In this document: one piece after another, positions 25,103 to 37,769 of the stretch | Layout: each line of letters begins with the position of its first letter | Position numbering within the stretch: the stretch's first letter is position 1 | Source: Callorhinchus milii | Lineage: Eukaryota | Direction: 5' to 3' | Assembly: GCF_018977255.1 (NCBI RefSeq) | Contig: NW_024704742.1 | Coordinates: forward strand, 78,680,001-78,744,000 | Length of the DNA: 64,000 nt | Made by a program: the position numbers and the translations under genes | Notes under the pieces: model-generated | What the model was told of the DNA's origin: nothing | The model's database searches: none | What the model saw: only the letters and a program-made list of their open reading frames with translations

Positions 25103-27580
25103 CATAGAATCATAGAATTATACAGCACAGAAAGATGCTATTTGGCCCATCGTGTGTGTACCAGCTGTTTGAAAAGAGACATCCAAATCAATCCCACTCC
25201 CCCGCTCTCTCCCCGTAGCCTTGCAAACTTGTCCTCCCCAATTAATTATCTACTTTGCTTTTAAAAGTTGTTATCAAATCGACTTCCACCACCGTTTCAG
25301 GCAATGCATTCCAGATTGGAACAAATCGCTGTGTGAAAAAAAATTCTCCTCCCCTCTGTTTCTTTTAACAACCATTTTAAATCAGTGTACTCGGGTTATC
25401 GATCCACCCACCAGTGGAAATAATTTTTCCTCGTTCACCCTATCGAATCCCCTCATCATTTTGAAAACATCTATTAAGTCTCCTCTTAACCTTCTCTGCT
25501 CCAAGGAGAATAATCCTAGGTTCTCTAGCCACTCCTGTTAACTAAAGTCTCTCATTCCTAGTATCATCCTGGTAAATCTCCTTTGCACCCTCTCCAATGT
25601 CTTGACATCTTTCCTAAAGTGTAGTGCCCAGAGCTGAACACAGTACTCTCGCTGAGTCCTAACCAGTGTTTTATAAAGGTTCATCATAACTTCCTGACTT
25701 TTGTATTCTATGCCCCTATTTATAAAGCCAAGTATGCCATATGCTTTTTTAACCGCTTTATCTACCTGTCCTGTCACCTTCAAAGATTTACTTATATGAG
25801 CCCCAGCTCTCTGTTCCTTCACTGCCTTTAAGATTGTACCATCAGCTTATATTGCCTCTCCTTATTCTTCCTCCCAAAATGCATCACTTTGCATTTCTCC
25901 ACATTAAACTTCATCTTCCACGTGTCGGCCCATTTTACCAGTCTGTCTATGTCTATTTGCAGTCTGTTACTATCCTCCTCACTGTTTACTACTTTTCCTA
26001 GCTTAGTATCGTCTGCAAACTTGGAAATTGTACTCCCTATTCCCAAGTCCAGGTCATTTATAGAGATCAAAAACAGCAGTGGTCCCATTACTGACCCCAG
26101 GGGGACACAACTGCAGGCTTCCCTCCAGTCAGAAAAACAACCGTTCATCACCACTCTCTGCTTTCTCTCTCCCAGCCACTTCTGTATCCATGCTGCCACT
26201 GTCCCTTTATTGCCATGCACTTCTATTTTACTCACAAGTTTCTTATCTGGCATTTTATCAAACACCTTTTGAAAATTCATATAAACTACATCAACTGCAC
26301 TATCTTCATACACCCTGTTTCTTCATCAAAAAACTAACAAGTTTGTTAGACGTGATTTGCTTTTAACAAATCCATGTTGGCTGTCCTTTATTAAACCTTA
26401 TTATTCTAAGTGAATGTTTATTTTGTCCCGGATTATAGTTTCTAGAAGTTTCCGCACTACTGGCATTAGGCTGACTGGCCTGTAGTTCCCGGGTCTATGC
26501 TTCTGCCCCTTTTTGTACAGGGGAGTAACATTTGCAACCCTCCAGTGCCCTGGCACCACCCAGTGTCCAAGGAGGATTGAATTATTGTGGCCTTAGCCTT
26601 TGTTATTTCTACCCTTACTTTCCTCCTTTTTAGAACTTCCTACTCTCGGTTTATTCTTATCTTATCCAATTTCTCTACCCTCTCCTCTGATAATGTGGCA
26701 TTGACTGCATCCTCTTCTTTTGTGAAGACAGATGCAAAGTGCTTATTCAGTACATCAGCCATGTCCTCTGCCTGCACAAGAAGATTTTCTCTTTAGTCCC
26801 TAATTGGACCTACCCTACCTTTGACTAACCTTTTATTCTTGATATGCTTATAAAATACCTTAGGGTTCCCTTTTATGTTACTGGCTAATCTTTTCTCATA
26901 CAATCTCTTTGCCCTTCTTATTTCCATTTTCAGTTCTCCTCTCTACTTTCTATATTCTGTTTGATTATCTTCTGTATTTTGAACCTGATATTTATCATAG
27001 ACCTCCCTTTTCTGTTTTATTTTAATCTCAATTTCCTTATTCATCCATGGAGGTTTGGATGCCCTACCTTTCCCTTTTGTGGCAATGCATTTGCTCTGTC
27101 CCCGAACAATCTCTTCCTTGAAGGCTTCCCATTGTTCATTAGCTGCTTCACCGGCCAATCTTTCTTTCCAGTCCACCTTGGCTAGGTCCCTTTTTAACTC
27201 ACTGAAATTAGCCCTCTTCCAGTTCAGTATCTTCACCTTTGATTGCTCCTGTCTCTTTCCATAAGTACTCTTAAACCTAATGATGTTGTGATCACTGTTG
27301 CCCAGATGCTCTCCTACTGAAACCTGCTCCGCTTGCCCCACTTAATTGGCCAGAACTAGATCCATCACTGCTTCCTTCCTCATTGGACTGGAAACATACT
27401 GATCCAGAAAGTTATCTGCACACATTTCAGGAATCCTTCTCCCTCCTTGCCCTTTACACTGTTATTTTCCCAGTCTATGTTAGAATAATTGAAGACCCCC
27501 AGTATCACTACTCTATTGGTTTTGCATCTTTTTGAAATCTGCTTTCAGATTTGCTCATCTATCTCTTTCCCACTATTTGG
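25103..27580 (-). mobile_element. CR1 ORF2 (endonuclease remnant, RT) and 3' UTR, disrupted
   Basis: EHLGNSDHNII; GSVMGPLLFLISINDLD..SKFADDTKL; YKTLVR...EYCVQLW; tail ATTCTATG repeats at 25103-25118. Confidence 0.92.
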
Positions 27581-27724
27581 CTGGGTCATGGATTGAGGAG
27601 GTTGGAGAGGTAGGAGGTGCCAGGGAGCGGATTTGAACTTGAGAATGAGGATCTTGAAGTCGAGCATCTTGTGTGAGGATTTAAGTGAGGATCTTAAAGC
27701 AACGTGCTTCTGATTTAGCAGCAC

Positions 27725-27905
27725 CATTACTGTTAAGCAGAGTGTGTTCCTCCAGGGCGTGAGAGCACACAATTCCATTCAGACACACAGAAATCCCTAT
27801 GTTTGGGTGGCATAGATATATGAAACTCTCAGTTTGGTTTGGATATTCTTAAGCAAAGCGATGGTTTTCCGTGTATGTTACATATCCAGTTGACCAAAAC
27901 AAATA
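27725..27905 (+). repeat. Unclassified dispersed repeat, 3' part (same family as 6470)
   Basis: taagcagagtgtgttcctccaggg...ttggatattcttaagcaaagcgatggttttcc...ttgaccaaaacaaa. Confidence 0.65.
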
Positions 27906-28070
27906 GGCATAAAGGAATATTCCCCTTATTTGTTGAAGGTGCACTTGCTTTTGTTGGTTTACTACAGCAACAACTTTGCTGGAGAAGAAAGGCAAGTCAC
28001 CTGCTACTCATTTTCTAATGATGATGTTCTTGAGATAGTCAGTATGAGGTGCACAAGAACAACATGGTGG

Positions 28071-28837
28071 TGTAAGCAATACAGAATTCTTGGTTGCTTG
28101 ACTTGACCAAAGGGTTGACCCAAAGAAAAATTGCAATGGCTCATGTTCCTGTTCAGGCCCCAAGTGTAAGGGTTAATTAAATTTGTGATCCTGCAGTGAA
28201 GTAAGGACCGACACAAATCCTTCAATCAATTGATTTTTTTTACTACAAATTAGTAAAGAAATGCATATCAAAGTTAAAAACAAAAGTAGAAGTCGCTGGG
28301 GAACACTCAGCAGATCAGGCAGTATCTATGGAGAAAAGAAAGTGATTCAACGTTTTGTGTCCACGACCTTTAATCAAATGAATGCTTAAGACAGATTAGT
28401 AAAATTCACCAAAATGTGTTGATTGGATCAATATAGTAGCTTTGAACCGGCTTGTTAACGTGCGTCAATCCATGTTGATTGTAGTATATCCTTCTTTCCT
28501 TGAGATTGGTTGCGATTAGCTGCTCTATTCTCTCTTCTTCGATCTAACCCCAAAATCTCTGATTTTATACCTTTGTGGTCACATACACAGTCTGCTCAAT
28601 GGGTTATTAGAAACTGCAGCTGCAAACCAAGGACAAACTTTATCAAAATTCCAACAGCTTGTTTTAGAACAAGTCTTTGTCCCACAATGATTTTGAAGAA
28701 AAGATGCTTCCACCGTTCTTATCTTTCATGCAGCTGCAGTGTTTTTCTGAACAAAGCAGGTCCATTAGCATTTGCGATTTTCTTTGGTCAACCCTTTGGT
28801 CAACTCACGCATAACCCAGATTTCTGGATTGCTTACA
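28071..28837. mobile_element. Non-autonomous TIR element (TGT...ACA, 4-bp TSD), Ginger-like MITE
   Basis: ~68-bp imperfect TIRs at 28071-28138 and ~28768-28837; GTGG directly repeated at 28067-28070 and 28838-28841. Confidence 0.7.
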
Positions 28838-28989
28838 GTGGTAACGCTCCTCCAGATAATCTTTCCTTTAGAGAAAGATTATCCTTCAGATATCCTTTAG
28901 ATAATCAGAATGAAATGTTAAACCGAGGTCCCATCTGTCCCTTAAGGTGGATATTAAAGATTCTGGGATGCTACTTTAAAAAAGTAGCA

Positions 28990-29400
28990 CAACAACAACA
29001 AATTGCATTTATATAGTACCTTTCATGTTGGGAGGACATCTCAAGGTGCTGGACAGTTGAGGGTATGCACCTGAGCTGAGGGTTGGATTGAGAGGTGTAA
29101 GAGCTGGGTGGGAAGATGACTGAATGCGCAGTCAAAGAGCTGGACTTTGAAGAAAGTGAGGGAAGTGGGGAGGTGAAGGTGCTCCAAGATAGAGTTCCAG
29201 AGAGTGGGGGCAGAAAGTCTGAAGGTCCAACTTCTGCTAGTACCTTTCGAATAATGCCATGAGGGATGTGAAGCAACCCAGTGCCTGCTGAATGGAGGGC
29301 AAGCTGGATGGATAGGACAAGATCGTGGAAGGATTTAAGTTAGGATGAGGATCTTAAACTAGATTTTCTGGGGCATGAGGAGTGGGTAGCACATGAGGCA
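28990..29400 (-). mobile_element. L2 3' fragment
   Basis: (CAA)n tail, then aattgcatttatatagtacctttcatgttgggaggacatctcaagg; gatgaggatcttaaa near 29345. Confidence 0.75.
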
Positions 29401-29719
29401 ACTAACATTCTGAGTTGCACACATTAAACCTCCTGTATTACATTGAATAACCACTAGGTGACAGTGCCACCCCATGCCCCTTACCCCACCCAATGCTCTA
29501 ATATAATCTTGAGTGACACTATTTTTTCCCTTACTTGAGAAGGAGGTGCCTGTTTTCAGTGTACAGGTAAAGACATATTCTGTGCCCAGCAAAATGTGAA
29601 AATTTCCTCTCTTCTATTCAGCCCCTAACATTTTTCCAACCAAAATAAAATCCTTGCCACACTCTATTGGCTAAAAAATATACATCTTTGGCCTTGATCT
29701 TCCAGATCAGGTACATAAA

Positions 29720-30275
29720 TATGGCCGAGTTGAGGTTGAAATCGGAGTACTGGAGGAAAGAGAGGGGAGGGACAGCGGGACCAGTGGCCGGTCAGTGTAT
29801 TTTGTCATCTGTGACATTTTGTCCATTTGTGACCAGGGCTCCCACCGTCTCCTCATTCTCTTTGACTCTCTGCTGCCTTCGATATCATTGACCACTCTGT
29901 CGTCCTCCACCACCTCTCTTCTCACCTCAACTGTCATGGCTCTGTCCTTGAATGGTTCAGATCCTAGCTCTCACACTGTCTGCACTTCATCTCCACCAAC
30001 GGCTTCTCCTCTAGCCCCCACACCATCCATAGCCTTGGCTCTTCCTACCTCTGCAATCTGATGACCCTATATCTTGTCTCATTCCCTCCCTTGCCTCCTT
30101 CAAGGGACGTCTCAAAACCATTCTCTTTGACCGAGCATTCGGCCACCCTCCTACCCTCCCTGCCCTCCACCTTCCCCAATCCCAACCCCCAGCTCAGATC
30201 CAAATCACCGACTGTCTAGTGCCTTGGGATGTCTTCCCAAAGTGAAAGGATCTATACAAATGTAATTTTGTATTA
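29720..30275 (+). mobile_element. Internally deleted L2 with a short inverted 5' piece
   Basis: ILFDSLLPS (decayed LLDLSAAFDT) joined directly to 3' UTR and tail; 29720-29775 is the upstream LQSGF-like segment in reverse. Confidence 0.65.
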
Positions 30276-31497
30276 TATTACCTGCATTGCATCTTGAAAT
30301 GTCAAAATAATAATCCTTGTTTGATATAGTGCCTTATCACGTCATCGAGACAACTCAAAAAGCTTCATGAGGTATACTGGAAAGTGAATCGATGCTGTGT
30401 AGTTTGCAATATATATGATATCATGCCTTTCACTTTGGGAGGAAATCTCAAATCACTTTCCATGAAATTACTGCATAGTAAATGTGTATTGTGTAGGTGA
30501 ACACCTATCTATCTTACCCAGCAATTTCCATAGTGTTGCAAAAGTTTCCACTCCTCTTTCTGCTGTCATTTTACTTGGTGACTACATACTGTTTCTCAGG
30601 CTGTACTCTTGTCACCCTTTTAAGGTAACTGATTGTATACCCTCCCCCTCATGTCCCCTTTATTCTTTAGGATAAGCTTTGGCTCACAAATTTGGCTCAC
30701 AAATTCTGACACCTACTTGTTGTAGGTAAATGGCTTCATTAAACCCACTTATTATCTGACTTCAGTAAATGACTTCACTGCGATGTGAAGCTTCTGTTCC
30801 CTGAAATTGGGTTTATGCCTCCTTCCACATCAGATAATCATCATCCAGGTTCATTTTGGCTGGTTAAGTTGTTTATTCTGAATTATTCCACCTAGATGCT
30901 CCAATACATGACTTAAATGTACCATTCATGATGAATGCACCTGACTAAATTACACATTTACTGCCTTGCATTTTCTACCCCAATTGTTTAACAACTGCAC
31001 AAAGAGTGATTTCACTGAAAGGTCTGTCATTGTAGCCGCAGACAGTAGCCTTTTACCTGACACTCATTGGATCAGCGAGAAACTTACTGAGGAACTCAGA
31101 ATATTCTGTGTATTTGCCAGCAGCAGTCTTTAACGAAGGTTTTGCTGCAAATAACTGTATTACTTTATAAAAATACCCAAAGGAAAATTCATAATTAATG
31201 ACTGGAACAGATTATCAGAAGATCCTTCAACCTATTTGATCTCATGTCCTTCGGATGAAATGTTTGACCAAGGTCCCGTCTATCTGGGTGGACATTAGAG
31301 ATTCCGTAGCATTACTCAAAATAAAAAGTGAGTTTCTTCTGGTGTCTGGGTCAATAATGCCCCAGATCAAATAGGTCATTCATTCCCTTGCAGTTTGTGG
31401 GACATTGTTGTGTGCCGCTTACAAAAGTCACTGCACTTTACATTTAAAATCTTGTGAATCTTGATCATCATTCCAAATACCCAACCCTCCCATCATG

Positions 31498-31858
31498 TGT
31501 ATGTCCTGTAGTTCAGTGATTAGAGCACTTGCCTCGCAAGTGAGAGACCTGGATTCGATTTCTGACAGGGTGAAAGTTTCCTTACTCCACTCGCCTCTGT
31601 TTACCTAGCAGTAAGTAGGAACCCAGTTGTTAGTCGATTGGCGGATTGCTTTTCCAGGATTAATAATTCCTTCAAAAAAAAGAAAAAAATTGATCGCTTC
31701 AATCCACGACTGTTTGTGGAACACTGTTGTGCGCAATTGGCTAACACACTTTGCCCACAAAATATACAGTCAATTCACTTTACAGTATATTCTGTGAAGT
31801 GCTTTGAAACGTGATAAGGCGTGATATCAAATGCAAGGATTATTATTGTTATTATTAT
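31498..31858 (+). mobile_element. tRNA-Ala-derived SINE, long subfamily
   Basis: Same head and tail plus the extra tctgtttacctagcagtaagtaggaacccagttgttagtcgattggcggattgcttttccagg. Confidence 0.9.
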
Positions 31859-32077
31859 CACAGGACCAAGGGTCCTGACCTCAACCACCATTCCTGGCCA
31901 TGTTGGAGTGGAAGTCTGACAGCAATCACATGACAGTATACACATGTCACATGGAGGTAGCTAGCGTGCCCTGCGGTGCTGGAAACCACGGCCCCTCTGA
32001 TAGCCAGTGTGGCTGCCCCATCCCCCACTCCGGAGGTGGGGCTGAATTGGGATAACATCCAATGCTGCTCACTGGTG

Positions 32078-32126
32078 TCTGAGGTTCCAAACACTGCCTC
32101 CAGAGGGCAATGTGCTGCTGACTCAC
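32078..32126 (+). promoter_or_regulatory. Candidate CTCF site with upstream module and adjacent AP-1 site
   Basis: ctgaggttcc-aaacac-tgcctccagagggcaa resembles the CTCF core CCASYAGRKGGCA with an upstream CTGCAGTTCC-like module; TGACTCA at 32119-32125. Confidence 0.35.
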
Positions 32127-32344
32127 AACTTGTCACTCTCGGTGGCCTGATCCTGGCAATGGGATAAACTACACCATCCTCCATATGGTCATCCGGGGAT
32201 TCGGGGAAGGAAAAGCGGCAAGGGGTATACTTCCCCTGCGGAAACCCAGTGCATTGTGCGTCAATGCCTATATCGCCGGGGGGCAGGGTGGGGGGGGATG
32301 CAGAAGTTACGGCGAAGCAGATCTTCAGAAGTCATATTCGAGCT

Positions 32345-32600
32345 ATAAAATGTTCTGGTCAGACCACACTTAGAGTAAGGCACACAATTCTGATCACTGT
32401 GGCATAAGGAAGCTACCTAGGCATAGAGATAATGCAGAGGAAAGCAATAAAAATGATCCCCAGTGTTAGAGGAATGAGCTATGAACAGTGATTAGACTCT
32501 TCATCTTGAGAGAAGACATCTCAGATGGGGACCTTATAGAGCTGTATAATATTTAATTATGATTGAAAAAGTAAACCTGGAACAATACTTCACAGGAAAG
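32345..32600 (+). mobile_element. Old CR1 ORF2 C-terminal fragment
   Basis: tataaaatgttctggtcagaccacacttagag...atgcagaggaaagcaataaaaatgatccc, a decayed YK.LVRPHLE / QRKA.KMIP. Confidence 0.6.
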
Positions 32601-35544
32601 AAACCCTGTGAGGTGTTTTGAGATATTTGAGATTTCAAAATGAAATATATCAAATGTGAAGATTATTTTTATACCAATTTGCAATCACAAATCAGGTTTG
32701 TGAGATTCCACTTCATTTCCCACTGTCATGCTTTATTTACACCCTGTGTCATATCTGATCTTAAATCCTCTCCTGATGTGCCTTTGGAACATAATTTCAT
32801 CAATATCCTATTTCCACAGCACAATGTGGCTTTTCTTTTCATGAGATTGTTTTATCAATTTCGTAAAAATAAATATCTGGTTGCCCTGCAAAATCATAGT
32901 CCTCATAATTGAGTCCCTGACAAAAAAACAAGTGATCCAACTTCATAGAAGCTTTTATATTGGGTGGGGGAGGAGGGGTGGTGGTCTTATGTGAACTGTT
33001 TAACATTACCCCTCGATCAAGGGTTTATGAAAACATGCCCCTTGCAAAATTGGTGTTGAAAGTAATAATAGGGATACAACACTTACAGTTCCCTTCCTCG
33101 ACCCCTTGTCTCTTGCCCAGTTTCTATCTGTCTTCAAGCCTTAAAACCTATCTCTTCGACCGTGCCTTTGGTCACCTCCATCCCTGCTCTCCCTTCCCCC
33201 CTCATTCATATCTGCTCTGCTATTGTACAGTGCTCTGAGTCTTGAGTTATATTGGTGACCTATGGTACACACTTCTACATGAATAGTTCTTGCTCATGTG
33301 TCACAGTATATCTTTGCTGCTGTGTCTTAACATCAAGGCACCTCTGTGTTTACCAATTGATCTAGATGTAAATGGGCCAGGGGGGTATGGAATCTGATGT
33401 AGGAGAATGAAACACAGAAAGGCAGTGGCAGGGGCAGTGGCAGGGACAGGGGTAGCTTCAATGGTACTGAACCCTAAAGCAGCAGCAAAGCTCAAGCGAC
33501 ATGTCCAGGACATGGAGCTATCCCTTGCGGAAGTAATGGGAGGCAAGGCTACACTCTGCAAATAGTGCCATGGGATCTTTAAAATTTACACAAACAGGCA
33601 AGCAGGACCTTAGTTTAACATCTCATCCAAAGGTGGGCACCTCTGACAATGCAGCTCATCAGTGTCGTAAATCTTTGTGCAAACTAACGCTTTTACTGCT
33701 GGGAGTGAAGTTGCTTTATCCCAAGAATATAAGGGGATCGAGTGGGAAGCCTGGTTATATACCTATACTTGCACAGGAGTTAGATTTCTAAAAGAATTAC
33801 CTAGAATATTACAGCACAGAAACAAACCATTGAGCCCAGCGAGTGCCAGTGCCGATGTTTATACTCCACTTGAGCCTCCACCCCTCCTATTCTCTTCTCT
33901 TATATTCCTCTTTTCCTCCTCCCTCATGTATGCATTAGGTTTCCTCTTAAATACAACAATGCTTTTTGCTTCAACCATAACTTAGAGCAGCAAGTTCCAC
34001 ATTCTCACAACCTTCTACGTGAGGAAATTCATCCTAACCTTTTTAGATCTGCTACTAGCTAACTTATATTTATCCTCCTATATTTAATAGTATTAAAACA
34101 ATCGTTATATATTAACTTCTTCAATAACATTTTTCAAAATCTGCTTAGCAGGTCATGGAGGAGTTTTCTCTCGTATTATGACTAATTTCTCCCATCCATT
34201 TAGCTGCTAAGGTCCATTGTAACATCCAATGCTGGCTAGCTGAAATCAGCACCAATCGGGAATCCCTTCAGTCCATGCGGCTCAATCACTCACTGGATAA
34301 ACTTGCTCGGGGAAGCTACAGTGCTTCTTTGTTTAGTACATCTGCTTTGCAAGGAAGATTGACTGGGGTATTTTGATAATCAGAATCAAAGTACAGTGAG
34401 AATACCAAAGAGATGGTACGTTTTTTCAAGTTCCTCAGAACCATCAAATTCTGATAGTCATTAATCATTCAGTTCAGTGCGACCACTAAGTTTGGTGTTC
34501 GGCAGTGAAAAGATTCTACACTGAATCTACCCTGTGGTGTGATAAATAGGAAAACGTTACATTTAACCAAGGATAATTCATCTGGTAATATTCAGAGTGG
34601 ACTGTCATTCTTAACCGGCTTCTTCAGATAGAAGGGTTGATAAATAGTGACAGAGTTTTACCTCTGGAAGTAACCTTACTGCATAAGATTTGATGAGCCA
34701 CGCTAAGCTCCCTGGATATGCTGTAGCCTCATCTTTGGCCCATTGCACAGACCTCTGAAGTACTTTGTGTTTTGGTATATTGTAAGTCAGAAATCAACTG
34801 GAAGGGAACACAACAAACAGGCGTAAAGTAGGAGGAAACTGCAGGGTGAAACTACTGCCCCTGTCCCTGCATTGCTACTGCCCCTGCCACTGCCTTCCTG
34901 GGTTTCATGTCTTTTCCATGAAGGTCACCAGGAGAAAGAGTTTGTGATGTGAACAGATATGAAATGCAGAATCACACACTACAGCAGTTATGAAATAACC
35001 CTTTCAATTTATAATTGCTTCAGTACCAGAATAAAACCTAAAAGTACTTAATTAAAAACCACAAGCCTGCTTCACGCTTGAATGAACAAATGGTTTATGA
35101 ACGGTTTGATTCCATTCTGAATTGGGGAAATTATACCAGCAGTTTAATTTGCAATGAAAATAGCAACTGCATAAAGCAATGTTCAACTGATTTGGGGAAT
35201 GATGTTGCTTCTTCTAATAAAAATGAACAATTATATATGAAGAGAGGAGACTTAGTGCTATCAATTGGTTTACTAGTAATCAAAATGAACATGCCCATTG
35301 TTGGTGGCCAGTGCTTGAAATTAATACACCTTGAATATTGTTTTCAATGAATGTCACCTAAGTTCTAAATGGGTAAGACTAACAGGGGGTAGATGAGCAG
35401 AGCGATCTAGGGGTTCAAGTTCATAGAGTTCCATAGAATGTTCTATCACAGAAACAGGACTTTTGCCTAACTAGTCTGTACTCTGCATGGGCCTCCACCA
35501 CTCCTATTTTCCTCTCTATTCACTTCTCTCTTATGTACACCTTG

Positions 35545-37768
35545 ATACACCAGCTACCTTCGCTCACTGAAGGCACAGAAACGTGCCACTGAGCACACCT
35601 GGCTTAAATCAAACCTAACTGTCCATCGGCAGATTTGGCTGGACCATATCAAATCCTACTGCTCAGCCCTCGCCTCCGCTAAATCATCGTTCTACTCCAA
35701 AACAATCTTGGAGGCTAAGGACAACCCCAGGCAAATCTTCTCCCTCATCAATCAGCTCCTCCACCCACCCTCTCACGACTCGCCCATCCTCACCACAAAA
35801 GCCAACTGTGAGGCGATGCTGGACTTCCTCGAATCCAAAGTCGATGGAATCTGCTCAGGTGCCTCCACCCGTCCATCTACTAGCTGCTCCCCATTTCCCC
35901 TTACACCCCGGCCCCTACTCATCCCTCCCTCCATATCTTTGAACCTTTCTCCCCCTCCTCTCTCATCACCACCATAACCTGTGTGAAACCGACCACCTGC
36001 TCCCTCAAACCCATCCCGACCCCACTCCTTACCTCCCAGCTCCACCTCGTTGCCCCTCTACTCACTGACATATTCATATTCTTATGAACATATTCAAGAC
36101 TGAGATAGATAGATTTCTTATTGCAAAATGGATTAAGGGATATGGGGATAAGGCAGGGTCAGGTTATTAGCTGGAGTTAGATTAGAAGATCAGCCATGAT
36201 TGAATGGCGGGACAGGCTCGAAGGGCCAAATGGCCTACTCCTGCTCCTACATGTTATGTTATGACATCATAAACCTCTCCCCGTCCACTGGTGCTGTTCC
36301 CACCCCATTAAAAACTGCCATCATCACTCCTATCCTCAAAAACCCGTCCCTGGACCCTTCGCTACTCCCAAACTACTGCCCCATCTCCAACCTCCCTTTC
36401 CTTTCCAAGGTCCTGGAACGAGTTGGTGCTTCTTAGCTTCACTCCTTCCCCCCCCCGCCATTCTCTTCTCAGAGCACTCCAATCGGGTTTCTGTGCCGCT
36501 CACAGCACAGAAACAGCCCTGGTCAAAGTGACAAATAACATTCTGTTCATCTGTAACCAGGGCACCCTCTGCCTTTTCATCCTCCTTGATCTCTCTGCTG
36601 CTTTCGATACCGTTGAGCACTCTATCCTCATCCACCGGCATTCCTTTCACCTCAACCTTCACGGCTCTGTCCTTGACTGGTTCAGATCGTATCTCTCACA
36701 CCGCCTCCATTTCATCTCCATAAACGGCTTATTCTTTAGCCCCTGGACCACCTTGTGCAATGTTCCTCAGGGCTCTGTCCTTGATCCCCTCCACTTCAAT
36801 ATCTTTATGCTCCCTCTTGGTGACATCATTTGCAGACATGGGGTCAATTTCCACATGTATGCGGATGACACCCACTCTCTGCCTCCGCCTGTGACTCCAG
36901 GACCACTGCTGTCCTGACTGAATGTCTGTCAGACATCAAGTCCTGGATGAGAGCTAACTTTCTTCAGTTGAATGTCAACAAGTCCGAGGACCTCCTGATT
37001 GGCTCCCGTCAGCGCCTCCTCACCTCAGGCGCTGACAGCATCACCATCCATGGTTGCACTCCACCTTGCTAAGCCAGTCTGGAACCATGGGGTCTTATTT
37101 GACCCTCAAATATCCTTTCTACCCCACATCTGCGCCATGACCCGCTCTGCCTTCCCCCACTTCCACAAAGTCGCCTGACTCCGCCACTGTCTCACACCGC
37201 AGGCCGCTGAAACCCTCATACATGCTTTCATTACCTCGAGGTTCGACTATGCAAACTCATTGCTTGTCGGTCTCCCCAACTCCTCCCTCCACAGGCTGTA
37301 GATCATCCAGAACTCTGCAGTGCGTGTCCTCTCCTGCACTAGGCTCCGCAACCCTACCACCCCCATCCTTTGGCTTCCCATCACACAGAGGATACATTTC
37401 AAGATCCTGGTCCTCACCTTCAAAGCCCTTCATGGTCTTGCTTCCCCCTACCTCTGCGACCTCCTAACCCCCTACCATCCTGCTCGCTCCCACCGCTCAG
37501 CAGGCACCATGACCCCCGCCTCGCTTGCCCCACTATTGGCGGGCGGGCCGTATGCCATTCTGCCCCCACCCTTTTGAACTCCATCCAGCGGTCCCTCTGC
37601 CTTGTCCCCTCCCTTGCCTCCTTCAAAACCCATCTCAAGACCCTCCTCTTCGATCGTGCTTTTGATCTCCCTGCTTCACCCCCTGAACCCCAGCTTGAGT
37701 CCATAACTCTGTCTGTCCAGTGCCTTGGGACGTCCTTTACAAATGTAATTTTGTTGTTGTTGTTGTTA
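35545..37768 (+). mobile_element. 5'-truncated L2 LINE (ORF2 RT to tail), disrupted
   Basis: LQSGFCAAHSTETALVKVTNNI; LLDLSAAFDTVEH; VPQGSVLDPL; HMYADDT; WLPITQRIHFKIL; (TTG)n tail at 37750-37768. Confidence 0.95.
36072..36261 (+). mobile_element. CR1-type 3' tail nested in the L2
   Basis: ggctcgaagggccaaatggcctactcctgctcctacatgttatg; TSD tgacat at 36066-36071 and 36262-36267. Confidence 0.85.
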
Positions 37769-37769
37769 A

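Noticed and set aside
28855..28883. 11-bp hairpin gataatctttc/gaaagattatc as a terminator or structured RNA
   Set aside because: Lies in a locally reiterated edge of a SINE fragment; no other support.
28510..29016. 168-aa ORF as a MITE transposase
   Set aside because: No DDE or integrase motifs, non-ATG start, and it runs past the TIR into a SINE fragment.
32222..32260. U1 snRNA-like snippets (also gcactccggat at 42571)
   Set aside because: Only short non-collinear matches; no U1 stem-loops or Sm site in the right order.
36423..36917. Functional reverse transcriptase or retron-like gene
   Set aside because: It is a frameshifted fragment of an L2 ORF2 interrupted by a nested insertion.
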